Assembly: GCA_913050005.1 (NCBI GenBank)
Contig: CAJXBI010000003.1
Location: 7,719 to 71,718 of the forward strand
Length of the DNA: 64,000 nucleotides
Source: an uncultured Bacteroidota bacterium
Lineage (GTDB): Bacteria > Bacteroidota > Bacteroidia > NS11-12g > UBA9320
Direction: 5' to 3'
Below, in pieces: positions 10,552 to 20,700 of the stretch (positions are counted from its first letter, which is position 1; each line of letters begins with the position of its first letter). Under the pieces are notes generated by a model. It was not told where the DNA came from, searched no databases, and saw nothing but the letters and a program-made list of their open reading frames with translations. A program made the position numbers and the translations under genes.

Positions 10552-11831
10552 TAATAGGGTATTTCACTTTGGTGAGGATCTTTTTCAGGTCTATTTAAAA
10601 GTGTGATTAAATGCTTTTCAATTTCTGGAGTTATAATGTGCTCAATTCCCTCTGCGTCGTCATGAAGATGGTCTGGATCTAGATTGAAATATTTAGACAA
10701 ATAGATTTCCCAAAGGCGATGTTTACGAATCACTTCTCTTGCGGCTAATTTTCCTTTTTCTGTTAAGATTACGGATTCGTTAACTCGAATAAGTATTTGA
10801 TTTTTTTCTAATCTTTTTAATGTTGGTTTAAATTGAGTAGTTGATTGATTATTTATTAATTGGTCTCGGGAAATACTTTCATTACCTTCTTTTGACAACT
10901 TATAAATTGTCTTTAAGGTGTTTTCATTATTTATTTTAATATTATTAGATTTTCTTGTTCTCATTCGAGCAATTACACCTTTTTCTTTACCAAAAAATAT
11001 AGCAATAATTGTAAATATTGATAATACAACTACAATCCAAGGACCAGTTGGCATAGCTTTTCCACTCGAGCTTATTATTACACCAGAGAACCCACTAAAT
11101 AATGCAAAAATTCCAGCGTATACTAGCATTTTTTTAACAGAATTTGTTAAAAATCGGGCCCCACTTGCAGGAGTAATTAACAAAGCTGCCATTAGAACAA
11201 TACCAACTGATTGTATTCCAATTGCGACGGTAATGACTGTTAGCAAAGCCAAAAACGATTTAATAACTTTTACATTGAATCCTATACTTTTTGCATACTC
11301 CTCATCAAAACTAATAATGCTAAAAGCTCTTAAGAAAACAACAATACATATGGTGTTAATTAGTGCAATTATCGAAAATATAATGACATCATGCATCGTC
11401 ATACTAGCAGCTTTCCCAAATAAAAAACTGTCTAAACCACTTTGTGCAGCGTCCCCACTATGTTGTATTTTGGTAAGTAAAACAATACCAATTCCAAAAA
11501 AAACACTTAACGTCAAGGCAAGGATAGTGTCTGGTTTTAGTTTGGATTTACTTTGAATGAAATCAACAAGCCAAATTGATAAAATCCCTGAGGTTGTAGC
11601 ACCAATTAAAAAGTAGAGGGGGTTTTTTACTCCTGTTAGCATGAATGATATTGCAACTCCGGGCAAAACAGCATGAGAAACGACATCACCTATTAAAGCT
11701 CTTTTTCGGAGGTAAGAAAATGTACCTACTATACCTGCAGCAAAGCAAATTATTCCTGCACCAATACTTACAACCCAAAATGTGTAGTATTCACTTGAGA
11801 AATAGGTCGATATGTTTTGCCAAAAACTCAT
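10551..11831 (-). CDS. Metal ABC transporter permease fused to a C-terminal DtxR/MntR-like metalloregulator module
   Basis: Residues 1-280 form an ABC-3 permease (GDVVSHAVLPGV). Residues about 290-426 contain a winged-helix plus metal-binding/dimerisation region (ISRDQLINNQSTTQFKPTLKRLEKNQILIR...KHRLWEIYL...HDDAEGIEHIITPE), characteristic of DtxR-family repressors. Confidence 0.75.
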   Translation of the reverse strand: MSFWQNISTYFSSEYYTFWVVSIGAGIICFAAGIVGTFSYLRKRALIGDVVSHAVLPGVAISFMLTGVKNPLYFLIGATTSGILSIWLVDFIQSKSKLKPDTILALTLSVFFGIGIVLLTKIQHSGDAAQSGLDSFLFGKAASMTMHDVIIFSIIALINTICIVVFLRAFSIISFDEEYAKSIGFNVKVIKSFLALLTVITVAIGIQSVGIVLMAALLITPASGARFLTNSVKKMLVYAGIFALFSGFSGVIISSSGKAMPTGPWIVVVLSIFTIIAIFFGKEKGVIARMRTRKSNNIKINNENTLKTIYKLSKEGNESISRDQLINNQSTTQFKPTLKRLEKNQILIRVNESVILTEKGKLAAREVIRKHRLWEIYLSKYFNLDPDHLHDDAEGIEHIITPEIEKHLITLLNRPEKDPHQSEIPY

Positions 11832-12604
11832 CGGTGCCTAATTGGGAATTCTTTATTCTCTAATTCTTGGCTAATCTTGGCTATTGTTGTCAATTTACCA
11901 CCATAGGTATCAGTTAGTATTTGATCAGTAAATACATCGGATGTTTTGCCACAGGCCACTAATCGTGTATTCATTAAAACTAGATGGTCAAAATAAGATT
12001 GAGCAGTGTGTAAATCGTGATGAACAATGATGAGTGTTTTTCCATTGCTTTTCATATCCTTTAAAAGGTCAATAATTAATTCCTCAGTCGCAACATCAAC
12101 TCCAGCAAAAGGTTCATCCATTAAAAATAATTCACCTTGTTGGGCTAATGCTCGGGCTAAAAATACGCGTTGTTGTTGTCCACCTGATAATTGGCTAATT
12201 TGTCTTTTAGCAAAACCCAACATATTTACTTTCCCTAAACTTTCTTTAATAATATCATTATCCTCACTAGTAAGTCTTTTGAATATGCCACGTACACGAA
12301 ATCTACCCATTGATACAACATCCCAAACACTAGCAGGGAAGTCCCAGTCGATTTCTTGTCTTTGTGGAACATAACTCACTTTATGTCGAACTTTTTCTAG
12401 CTCTTGATCGTATAGTTTTGTGTATCCGGTAGTTGGTTTAACTACTCCCATAATAGCTTTAAGTAGCGTACTTTTCCCACTGCCGTTAGGACCCATAATT
12501 CCAATTACTTGACCTTCAGGGAGCTTAAAATCAACATTCCAAATAGCAGGTTTCCTTCCATAGAGAACAGTTAAATTATGTGCCTCGATTATTGGTATTT
12601 CCAT
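11828..12604 (-). CDS. Metal ABC transporter ATP-binding protein (ZnuC/MntA-like)
   Basis: Walker A GPNGSGKSTLLK, ABC signature LSGGQQQRVFLARAL, Walker B LFLMDEP. Confidence 0.85.
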   Translation of the reverse strand: MEIPIIEAHNLTVLYGRKPAIWNVDFKLPEGQVIGIMGPNGSGKSTLLKAIMGVVKPTTGYTKLYDQELEKVRHKVSYVPQRQEIDWDFPASVWDVVSMGRFRVRGIFKRLTSEDNDIIKESLGKVNMLGFAKRQISQLSGGQQQRVFLARALAQQGELFLMDEPFAGVDVATEELIIDLLKDMKSNGKTLIIVHHDLHTAQSYFDHLVLMNTRLVACGKTSDVFTDQILTDTYGGKLTTIAKISQELENKEFPIRHR

Positions 12605-13515
12605 TATTTTAATCCTTTAATTATGGTTTGAACATTTGAAATTAACATTCCTTTATATGTTCCGCCTAATGAATTTTCTTCTCCCAATGCATCGCTGTAC
12701 AACGTTCCTCCAATTCGGATATTGTAGCCTCTTGCTCGAGCACTGGCTACAACCGCTTCTAAATTCTTATTTGGAACACTTGTTTCTACAAAGACAGATT
12801 TTATCTGGTTTTTGATAATAAAATCAGTGAGCTCTTTTATATCTCTAGTGCCATATTCTGCGGTTGTTGAAATTCCTTGTAATCCTCTTACTTTAAAGTT
12901 AAAAGCATCACCAAAATATTCAAATGCATCATGACTTGTGATTAAGATTCGTTTGGTTGAATCTAGTGAGTCATCTAAAAGTTGATGGATTTTTATCTGT
13001 GTAGATTGAATATTTTTTGCATACTCTTGGTAATTTTCTGTAATACTATCAAGACCATTTTGTTTGTCTAGTTCTTTGGCGATACCACTAAGACCATCAA
13101 GCCATAAATTTGGGCTAAACCATACATGAGGATCAACTAAATTTGATGTATTGTCTACTCGTTTTAAATCTGATTTTTCAATGTAATCACCAATTGCAAA
13201 AACAGGCTTTGTTTTTGAAAAGTTTTTTAGCATTTGAGCCATTTTACCTTCTAAATGTAAGCCATTATAAACAATGATATCTGCTTCTGAAAGCTTTGAT
13301 ATATCGCCTTGTGATGCTTTGTATAAGTGAGGATCTACTCCAGCTCCCATAATTGAAACTACCTCAGCTTGACCATCAACAATTTGGGAGACACAATCTC
13401 CCAAAATCCCGGTTGTGGTGACAATAATTATAGATTTTTTCTCTTGATCCGCTGTTGAACAACTACTAAAAAAAACCAGTGAAATTAAAAATATTAGAAG
13501 TTTTTTTAAATACAT
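12604..13515 (-). CDS. Metal ABC transporter substrate-binding lipoprotein (TroA/ZnuA/MntC cluster-9 family)
   Basis: Lipoprotein signal (..FFSSCS). Size and overall pattern typical of cluster A-I metal SBPs (DPHVWF, ITSHDAFEYFG). First gene of the operon. Confidence 0.8.
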   Translation of the reverse strand: MYLKKLLIFLISLVFFSSCSTADQEKKSIIIVTTTGILGDCVSQIVDGQAEVVSIMGAGVDPHLYKASQGDISKLSEADIIVYNGLHLEGKMAQMLKNFSKTKPVFAIGDYIEKSDLKRVDNTSNLVDPHVWFSPNLWLDGLSGIAKELDKQNGLDSITENYQEYAKNIQSTQIKIHQLLDDSLDSTKRILITSHDAFEYFGDAFNFKVRGLQGISTTAEYGTRDIKELTDFIIKNQIKSVFVETSVPNKNLEAVVASARARGYNIRIGGTLYSDALGEENSLGGTYKGMLISNVQTIIKGLK

Positions 13516-13603
13516 TAATACAAAATTACCATATTAAACTTCAAGACTAGCTTATGTTTGATTAATAATTCTAATATGGTAACATAATCCATTCTATTTA
13601 AAT

Positions 13604-14149
13604 TTGTACAAGTTCATGGGTTACCGACAATTATTACTAATAGCTTTAGTACAAATATCATTTCTTGCAAATGCTCAGTTGTATGTTCTAAAGAATCAAA
13701 GACCTGATTCCAGTAAGTACAACTGTATGTTGCATGAGGAATTAACTGTTTTGTGTGATACTTTTTATAGGGCAATTTCTTATTTAGATTTTGAGATTTT
13801 AAAACCTTTTGTTCCAGACCTTAAGTTTTTAAGAGAAACCTTCGACACTTTAGCGATAAATTTTAGGAACGATCAGGTGCTTTACAGGCAACAATTATTA
13901 CTTAGAGGACTTCAGCGCGATCACCATAAAATCATTAAGACATTTAAAAAACTTGATATTAATTTTAAAAAACTCATCAGAACAGAATTGGATTATAATT
14001 ATGGTAAAGATGAAAAGGGCAATCAATATTGTTACGTAACCCAGTATTATCATCGTAGAAAACAAAAATATTCTATATCGTTTATTGCTATAATGTTAAA
14101 TAATTACTGGTTTTTTGGGGATGAACTTAAATTTGATCTGGCAAAATGA
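13604..14149 (+). CDS. Hypothetical secreted protein (181 aa)
   Basis: Signal peptide MYKFMGYRQLLLIALVQISFLANAQ. No recognisable domains. Confidence 0.4.
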   Translation: MYKFMGYRQLLLIALVQISFLANAQLYVLKNQRPDSSKYNCMLHEELTVLCDTFYRAISYLDFEILKPFVPDLKFLRETFDTLAINFRNDQVLYRQQLLLRGLQRDHHKIIKTFKKLDINFKKLIRTELDYNYGKDEKGNQYCYVTQYYHRRKQKYSISFIAIMLNNYWFFGDELKFDLAK

Positions 14150-14754
14150 GAAAATGTACCATAGTGTTTATATTATTTGTATTGTCAGGGTATTCCCAAT
14201 CTTGGGAGGTTAAATCACATCCGAATAATCGTAAAATGGCTATTTTTAAAAATGGTCAGCAAATAAGTAGTTATCGGTTTTCTGAGATAAGTGAACTTTC
14301 TGAGGGAGCGTGTTATGCTGCTGAGGGTGACTTATATGGGTATCTTAATTCTGATGGCAAGTTGTTAACGTCATACCAATTTGCTGTTGCTAGTAACTTC
14401 AAAAAGGGTTTTGCTTTGATAGGCGATAGCTTGTATCAGAATATTCTGAATCGACAGATGAAGTTGATACTCCCTCAAGCCTATGTTCGGGTACGTTTAC
14501 CCAAATTTGGACTTATTTTAGTTCAATCTAATGAGAACCTTTGGGGAGCTTATGATGTGAAAGGAAACTTAAAATTGCCTGTTATTTATTCGTTACCACC
14601 TTATATAATTAATGAAAACAAGATTATTGTAAAATTAGCGGATGAGTATGGATTGGTAGATTCTGGAAATAATATCATATTCAATCCGTCCTATCAATAT
14701 ATTAGTTCCAAAGGATATGGGTATAAAAGTGGGATTTATTTGCGTTTGTTTTAA
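14146..14754 (+). CDS. Secreted WG-repeat-containing protein
   Basis: Signal peptide. Repeated motifs resembling WG repeats (EGACYAAEGDLYGYLNSDGKLL, KKGFALIGDSLY, LWGAYDVKGNLKLPVIY). Start overlaps the previous stop by 4 nt. Confidence 0.5.
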   Translation: MRKCTIVFILFVLSGYSQSWEVKSHPNNRKMAIFKNGQQISSYRFSEISELSEGACYAAEGDLYGYLNSDGKLLTSYQFAVASNFKKGFALIGDSLYQNILNRQMKLILPQAYVRVRLPKFGLILVQSNENLWGAYDVKGNLKLPVIYSLPPYIINENKIIVKLADEYGLVDSGNNIIFNPSYQYISSKGYGYKSGIYLRLF

Positions 14755-14773
14755 AATATTTAGTTTTGGACTT

Positions 14774-15403
14774 GTGAAAAAATCGATCTCTATTTTAATA
14801 CTTACGACAATATTGTTTTCATGTAAATCAGATTATCGAGGTCGAATGGTTCGAGTAAAAAAGCAAAAAATAGAAGTCAACCCATTTGTAAAAAATGATG
14901 ATGTAAATCAAAATTCGAAAATGAATTTAAAACTAGCTGTTGAAGATTTTAAGGATTCGGATGAACGTATTCAAGTTACAAATACAACTGTTTTGCGTAA
15001 AACTTGCAATAGTATTGAGGGCAAGGAAGCCAGAAAAATAAAAAAAACCCAAAATCGATATCCTTTAATTCCAAAGGTTATTAGAAATCAACCTCAAGAT
15101 AGCATACAAAAAGACAGTATTCAAGAATTGAGTGAAGAAGAAGTTTTTATCCAAAAGCAATACAAAATAGCGAATAATCTCACAATGACTTCCCTATTTT
15201 TATCATTTTTTTTGCCTCCTATTGGCTTGGCTCTTTCATCATTAGCACTAAATATATATGAGCGATATGAAAATCCTGGAGTTAGGGATCGTTATATTCT
15301 TGCTAAGACTATTAAAGAGACTATTAAATGGCTCTTAATTGTTTTTGTTCTAATTTTTGCATTTATAGTATTGTTTTATCTTATGATATTCAATCTAGTT
15401 TAA
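14774..15403 (+). CDS. Hypothetical lipoprotein/membrane protein with two C-terminal TM helices
   Basis: Probable GTG start at 14774 (VKKSISILILTTILFSCKS, lipobox-like). The ORF also extends back to an ATG at 14717, which overlaps the previous gene. Lys/Glu-rich middle region and two C-terminal hydrophobic helices. Confidence 0.4.
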   Translation: MKKSISILILTTILFSCKSDYRGRMVRVKKQKIEVNPFVKNDDVNQNSKMNLKLAVEDFKDSDERIQVTNTTVLRKTCNSIEGKEARKIKKTQNRYPLIPKVIRNQPQDSIQKDSIQELSEEEVFIQKQYKIANNLTMTSLFLSFFLPPIGLALSSLALNIYERYENPGVRDRYILAKTIKETIKWLLIVFVLIFAFIVLFYLMIFNLV

Positions 15404-15432
15404 AACCCATATTTTGTTGTTTTATTTGCACT

Positions 15433-16689
15433 ATGCTGACTACCAGTAAACAAATAGCCGAAGATTTGGATAATAACGACCCATTAAGAAAGTATAGAAG
15501 CCATTTTTATATTCCTTCAGGTAAAACCCGCAATGAACAGCTATACTTCACTGGAAATTCTTTAGGGCTTCAACCCAAATCTGTCCAAAGCTATATTCAG
15601 CAAGAGTTAGATGATTGGAAAAATTTTGGTGTTGAGGGGCATTTTAATGGAAAGAATCCTTGGTTTAGCTATCATCATTTTTTTGAGAAAGAAGCTAATG
15701 TTGTAGGAGCAAAAAAAGATGAGGTAATTGTGATGAACAATCTGACAGTCAATCTTCATCTTTTATTGGTTAGTTTTTATAGACCGTCTCCAAAACGATA
15801 TAAGATTATTATGGAAGCAGGAGCGTTTCCAAGTGATATGTATGTCATTGAAAGTCAAGTGAAACATCATGGGCATGAATATGATGATGCTGTAATCGAG
15901 CTTGAGCCAAGGCAAGGAGAACATCATCTTCGAACAGAAGACGTTGTGCAAGCCATTGAAGAAGCGGGTGATGAATTGGCATTATTATTTTTTAGTGGTG
16001 TACAATATTATACAGGACAATATTTTGATATAAAAACACTAACTGCAGCAGCACATAAAGTAGGAGCTATTGCTGGTTTTGATTGTGCTCATGCAGCAGG
16101 TAATGTCAAACTACAATTACACGACTGGAAGGTAGATTTTGCGGCCTGGTGTACCTATAAGTATATGAATTCTGGTCCTGGTGGAGTGAGTGGTGTATTT
16201 ATCCATGAAAAACATGGGAATAATCCAGATATGCCTCGATTTGCAGGTTGGTGGGGACACAAAGAAAGTGAGCGTTTTCAAATGAAACGCGGATACATCC
16301 CTGAACCAGGTGCTGCTGGATGGCAGTTGAGTAATGCTCCCGTTATTACAATGGCTGCTCACAAGGCTTCCTTGGATATATTTGATGAAGTAGGGATGGA
16401 TGCTTTAGCTATTAAAGGGCAAAAATTAAATCGTTTTTTAGAGCAGGTGGTCATAGATGCACAGGCATCTAACTCCAAGCTAGCCTTCGAGATCATTACA
16501 CCTGAAGATCGTGGTTGTCAATTAAGTATGCTTACCAATGCAAATGGGAAATCATTATTTGATTATTTAACCGCTAACGATGTAATAGCCGATTGGCGAG
16601 AACCCAATGTAATAAGACTTGCTCCTGTCCCTTTCTACAATTCATACATGGATATATGGGAGTTTGGAGAGTTATTAAAAAAATTCTAA
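15433..16689 (+). CDS. kynU: Kynureninase (PLP-dependent)
   Basis: LYFTGNSLGLQPKSVQSYIQQELDDWKNFGVEGHF plus an aminotransferase class V-like core. The ATG at 15433 (MLTTSKQIAEDLD) is the likely start. The listed ORF extends upstream to 15328. Confidence 0.85.
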   Translation: MLTTSKQIAEDLDNNDPLRKYRSHFYIPSGKTRNEQLYFTGNSLGLQPKSVQSYIQQELDDWKNFGVEGHFNGKNPWFSYHHFFEKEANVVGAKKDEVIVMNNLTVNLHLLLVSFYRPSPKRYKIIMEAGAFPSDMYVIESQVKHHGHEYDDAVIELEPRQGEHHLRTEDVVQAIEEAGDELALLFFSGVQYYTGQYFDIKTLTAAAHKVGAIAGFDCAHAAGNVKLQLHDWKVDFAAWCTYKYMNSGPGGVSGVFIHEKHGNNPDMPRFAGWWGHKESERFQMKRGYIPEPGAAGWQLSNAPVITMAAHKASLDIFDEVGMDALAIKGQKLNRFLEQVVIDAQASNSKLAFEIITPEDRGCQLSMLTNANGKSLFDYLTANDVIADWREPNVIRLAPVPFYNSYMDIWEFGELLKKF

Positions 16690-17660
16690 GATTTTTTTAA
16701 TTGGTAAATCCCAAACACAAAATCTGAAGGTTGATTTTGCAGGTATTCATCTTCAAAATCAAATAATGAATTAAGAATATATTTTCTTTCAGAATCCATA
16801 TCTAGAAAATGATGTGAGATGTCTTTGAGAACATGCATGAGTATATTTCCCCCGTATGGCCATTCAGCAATCGTGTTAAAATGGGTATGAATACTAGGCA
16901 GTATACTTGCTGAATCAATGCACTCTGATGGATCGGCCAGTATCATACGAATAAGTCCGGAGCCATGATATCGTCTCTTTATCCATCCCGTTTTGAAGCG
17001 TTTTCGGAATTTAGTTGGGATAAGTTTTAATCCTCGATTGATAGCTTGTACTTGGTGTTTGGGGTGTTGAATCCGAGTAGGACCAACATACTCATTGATA
17101 ATTAAATGGCCATCTGATTTTAACAGAGGAATTATTTTGTGGGGTATCAGATTTGAGATATGGTTAAAGTGATGAAGAGATGAATGAAAAAATACAATGT
17201 CAAAATTTGACTCAAATGAATATTCAAGAGCGTTGGCACATATAAAGGAAATGTTTTTAAGATTTTTTTTCTGAGCAATTTTTTGAGCTTCTTTTAGTCG
17301 ATTGTCTGCAATATCTAAACATACGATTTTATCAAAATTAGAATAGGTTGCAAGATTAAGCTCGTGACTGCAAGACCCAGATCCAATGGATAGCAGTCGA
17401 AGGTTTTTTTTGTTTTTCAAGTAACCATTCATCATAAATGTCTCGTAGGTTACTTTTGGGTTACCAGTTATGAGTTTGTTCCAACGTTCTTTTATCTCTG
17501 GAATAATCCACCAGTTAGAGTGGCTGATTGAAGATTTATCAAATGCACTTTTGGTTCGGTTCAGCTTGTTCAAAGTGAGCTTAGATATTAAAAATCGCAA
17601 ACCACGTTGTTTGCCTTTGGCCAACACATCAATGATATCATCTGAGGTAACTAGTCTCAT
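16686..17660 (-). CDS. Class I SAM-dependent methyltransferase
   Basis: Motif I-like LLSIGSGSCSHELNLA and post-I acidic VCLDIADNRL. Substrate unknown. Confidence 0.65.
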   Translation of the reverse strand: MRLVTSDDIIDVLAKGKQRGLRFLISKLTLNKLNRTKSAFDKSSISHSNWWIIPEIKERWNKLITGNPKVTYETFMMNGYLKNKKNLRLLSIGSGSCSHELNLATYSNFDKIVCLDIADNRLKEAQKIAQKKNLKNISFICANALEYSFESNFDIVFFHSSLHHFNHISNLIPHKIIPLLKSDGHLIINEYVGPTRIQHPKHQVQAINRGLKLIPTKFRKRFKTGWIKRRYHGSGLIRMILADPSECIDSASILPSIHTHFNTIAEWPYGGNILMHVLKDISHHFLDMDSERKYILNSLFDFEDEYLQNQPSDFVFGIYQLKKS

Positions 17661-17709
17661 GAATGCACGAATTTAGGTACTTTTATTGTGAGATTGTAAA
17701 AGTAGAATT

Positions 17710-20700
17710 TTATTGGGCGAGTAATATTATTTCATTCAAGCTATCTTGAATACTTCCGAACCCTTTTATAGTCAAGACGAGGTGTTTGTTGGCCTGTTTA
17801 AAACTGAAGTGATCAGGCTTTAGCTGAACCATATCCATGATATTACTGAATGTTTTTTCTTGGTAGAATTCTTTACCCAAATCATTGTTAAAATATAAAA
17901 ACACATCAGATCCTTTTGTTTTTAGCTTCTCAGCGTAAATATTTTGAGCAGCTATTTTGAGTCGAATACTCATAAATAATTGAGAGACTTCTTTTGGGAG
18001 TTTGCCAAATCGATCAATGATCTTTTCCATGGATTGGTCTAAATCTTCAGAGATATTTAAGGCACTTAATTGGGTATATAGGTTTATTCTCTCAGCTACA
18101 TTATTGACGTAATTTTCTGGTATTCGAGCATCAAAGTCTGTTTCTATCGAAGCGGTAATTTCTAGTTTTTGGGGTTTGGGCTTACCATCGACTTTTTCGA
18201 GCACTTCCTTGAATTCACCTTCTCTTAATTCTTGGATGGCCTCATCCAATATTTTATGGTACATGTTGAAACCTATTTCAGCAATAAATCCACTTTGTTC
18301 AGCTCCTAGGAGATTGCCTGCACCACGAATATCCAAATCCCTCATGGCTACATTGAACCCACTACCTAAATCTGAAAATTCTTCAATGGCTTGTAATCTC
18401 CGTCTTCCTTCATCGGGTAGAGTATAAGTAGGAGGTGCCATTAAATAACAGTAAGCTTTAATGTTACTTCTTCCAACTCTTCCCCGCATTTGATGTAAGT
18501 CGCTAAGTCCAAACATGTGTGCATTATTGATGATGATGGTATTTGCATTGGGGATGTCTAATCCACTCTCGATGATAGTTGTAGCTATCAATACGTTGTA
18601 CTCTCCTTCAATAAATTGAACCATGACTTTTTCGAGTTCGTCACCCTTCATTTGACCATGACCAACAATAACATTCGCCTGAGGTACTAAATTTCGAATT
18701 CGTTGGGCAATTTCCTGAATATCCTTTACCCGATTATGAATAACAAAAGCTTGTCCTCCACGAGTTATTTCTGCAGAAATTGCATCCTTCAGAATCTCAT
18801 CATTCCATACCTGAACCTCAGTTTGCACTGGCCTTCGGTTAGGTGGAGGGGTTTGTATAATACTTAAATCTCTTGCACCCATCAACGAAAAGTGAAGTGT
18901 TCTAGGAATCGGTGTAGCCGTAAGTGTTAATGTGTCTACGTTGGCTCTAAACTCTTTAAGTCGTTCTTTGGCACTAACTCCAAACTTTTGTTCTTCATCG
19001 ATAATTAGTAATCCCAAATCTTTAAACTTGGTTTTTTTGCCTAATAATTTATGAGTGCCTATGATAATGTCCAATTTACCTTCCGCAAGGTTTTTTAGTG
19101 TTAGGTTTTGTTGTTTTGCAGTTCTGAACCGATTTACATAGTCTACATTGCATGGGAAATCTCGAAGTCGGTCTCTAAATGTTTGATAGTGTTGTCGAGC
19201 TAAAATGGTAGTAGGGACTAAAATAGCAACTTGTTTACTGTCAGTTACTGCTTTGAAAGCAGCTCGAATTGCAATCTCTGTTTTACCAAATCCCACATCA
19301 CCACAGATAAGACGATCCATGGGGTTGGGACTTTCCATATCCTTCTTAAAATCTTCAGTAGCCTTGGCTTGGTCTGGGGTGTCTTCATATAAAAAACTAG
19401 CCTCAAGTTCAGTTTGGAGGTAGGTGTCAGGATGAAATTGAAACCCTTTTTCGGACTTTCTCTTGGCGTATAACTTGATTAGATCTTTAGCAATATCCTT
19501 GACTTGAGCTTTGGTTTTACGTTTTAGGTTGGTCCAGGCATCTCCACCCAGTTTGTTTACTTTGGGTGGATTGCCACTATTCCCTTTGTACTTACTGATT
19601 TTATAAAGGGACGCAATGTTCACATAGAGTAAGTCATTGTTTTTATACTCTATCCGAATAGCATCTTGTATTTTGCCTGCCATTTCAATGCGTTGCAAGC
19701 CCTTAAACTGCCCTATGCCGTGGTCAATGTGAACCACAAAATCTCCGGGGTTCAAGTTTTGTAATTCTTTTAGCGAAATAGCACCGCTTGCAGAAACTGA
19801 TCTTCCTGATTTTGCAAGGTAATAGCGATTAAAAATCTGATGTTCTGTGTATGCTGCAACTTTGAGTGAATGATCAATAAATCCCTCACTTAAACTTTTG
19901 TAAACAGGTTGAAGCTGATACCCCGCATTCAAATCATCAAATATGCTTTCAAGTCGTTCAATCTGTTTTGGACTTTCAGAAAATATTAGAGGTTTATAGC
20001 CCTGTTCCTCAAGCGATTTAAAGGTGTCAATAAGAAGGTTAAAGTTTTTATTGATGGGTGCTTGAGGTGCTTGATCAAATTTGAGTTTGATTGAGGGCCT
20101 ATAATGGTATTGACTCCCAAATTCTATTACAGAATTAGCTCCGATTTGATGGATGATTTCAGAAAGTTTAAAAAAAATGTTAGTAGGGTTGAGTTCTTCA
20201 GTTTCTTGTGAATGGACTTTTTCTAATCCTTTTTCTATTTTAGCAAGGGCCTTGGGTAGGTCTGTGGAGAAAACAATGGTTTTTTTACCCAAGTAATTAA
20301 GGATATGGGTACCCTCTTGCGTCTGGACACTCTCTGAAACATTGGGCACTACAGTACCTCTTGCCAGCGTTTTTGTACTGAGTTGACTAACAGGATCAAA
20401 CTCTCGAATACTTTCAATGGTTCGACCAAATAATTCAAGTCGAATTGGTAAGTCATTAGCATATGAAAATAAGTCAATTATTCCTCCTCTGATGGAGAAC
20501 TGTCCGGGCTCATAAACAAAGTCCTCTCTGTAAAAATGGTACTCATTGAGTAATTCGATCAAAAAGTCTAAGTCAACCTCTTCTCCAACTCTAAATGTTA
20601 GTTTACTTTTTTTTAGCTGATCTTGATTGATAATTTTTTCAGTTATCGCCTCGGGGTAGGTTACGATAATTTTGGGGTGTTCAATGTCTAAAATTGCTTC

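Noticed and set aside
10918-11556. 212-aa ORF antisense to the permease-DtxR gene. Similar antisense ORFs occur at 12027-12374, 5487-5717, 18176-18427, 51821-52231 and 56907-57248.
   Set aside because: Each lies entirely inside a well-supported gene on the opposite strand. The translations are low-complexity or hydrophobic with no motifs. These are typical shadow ORFs of AT-rich coding DNA.
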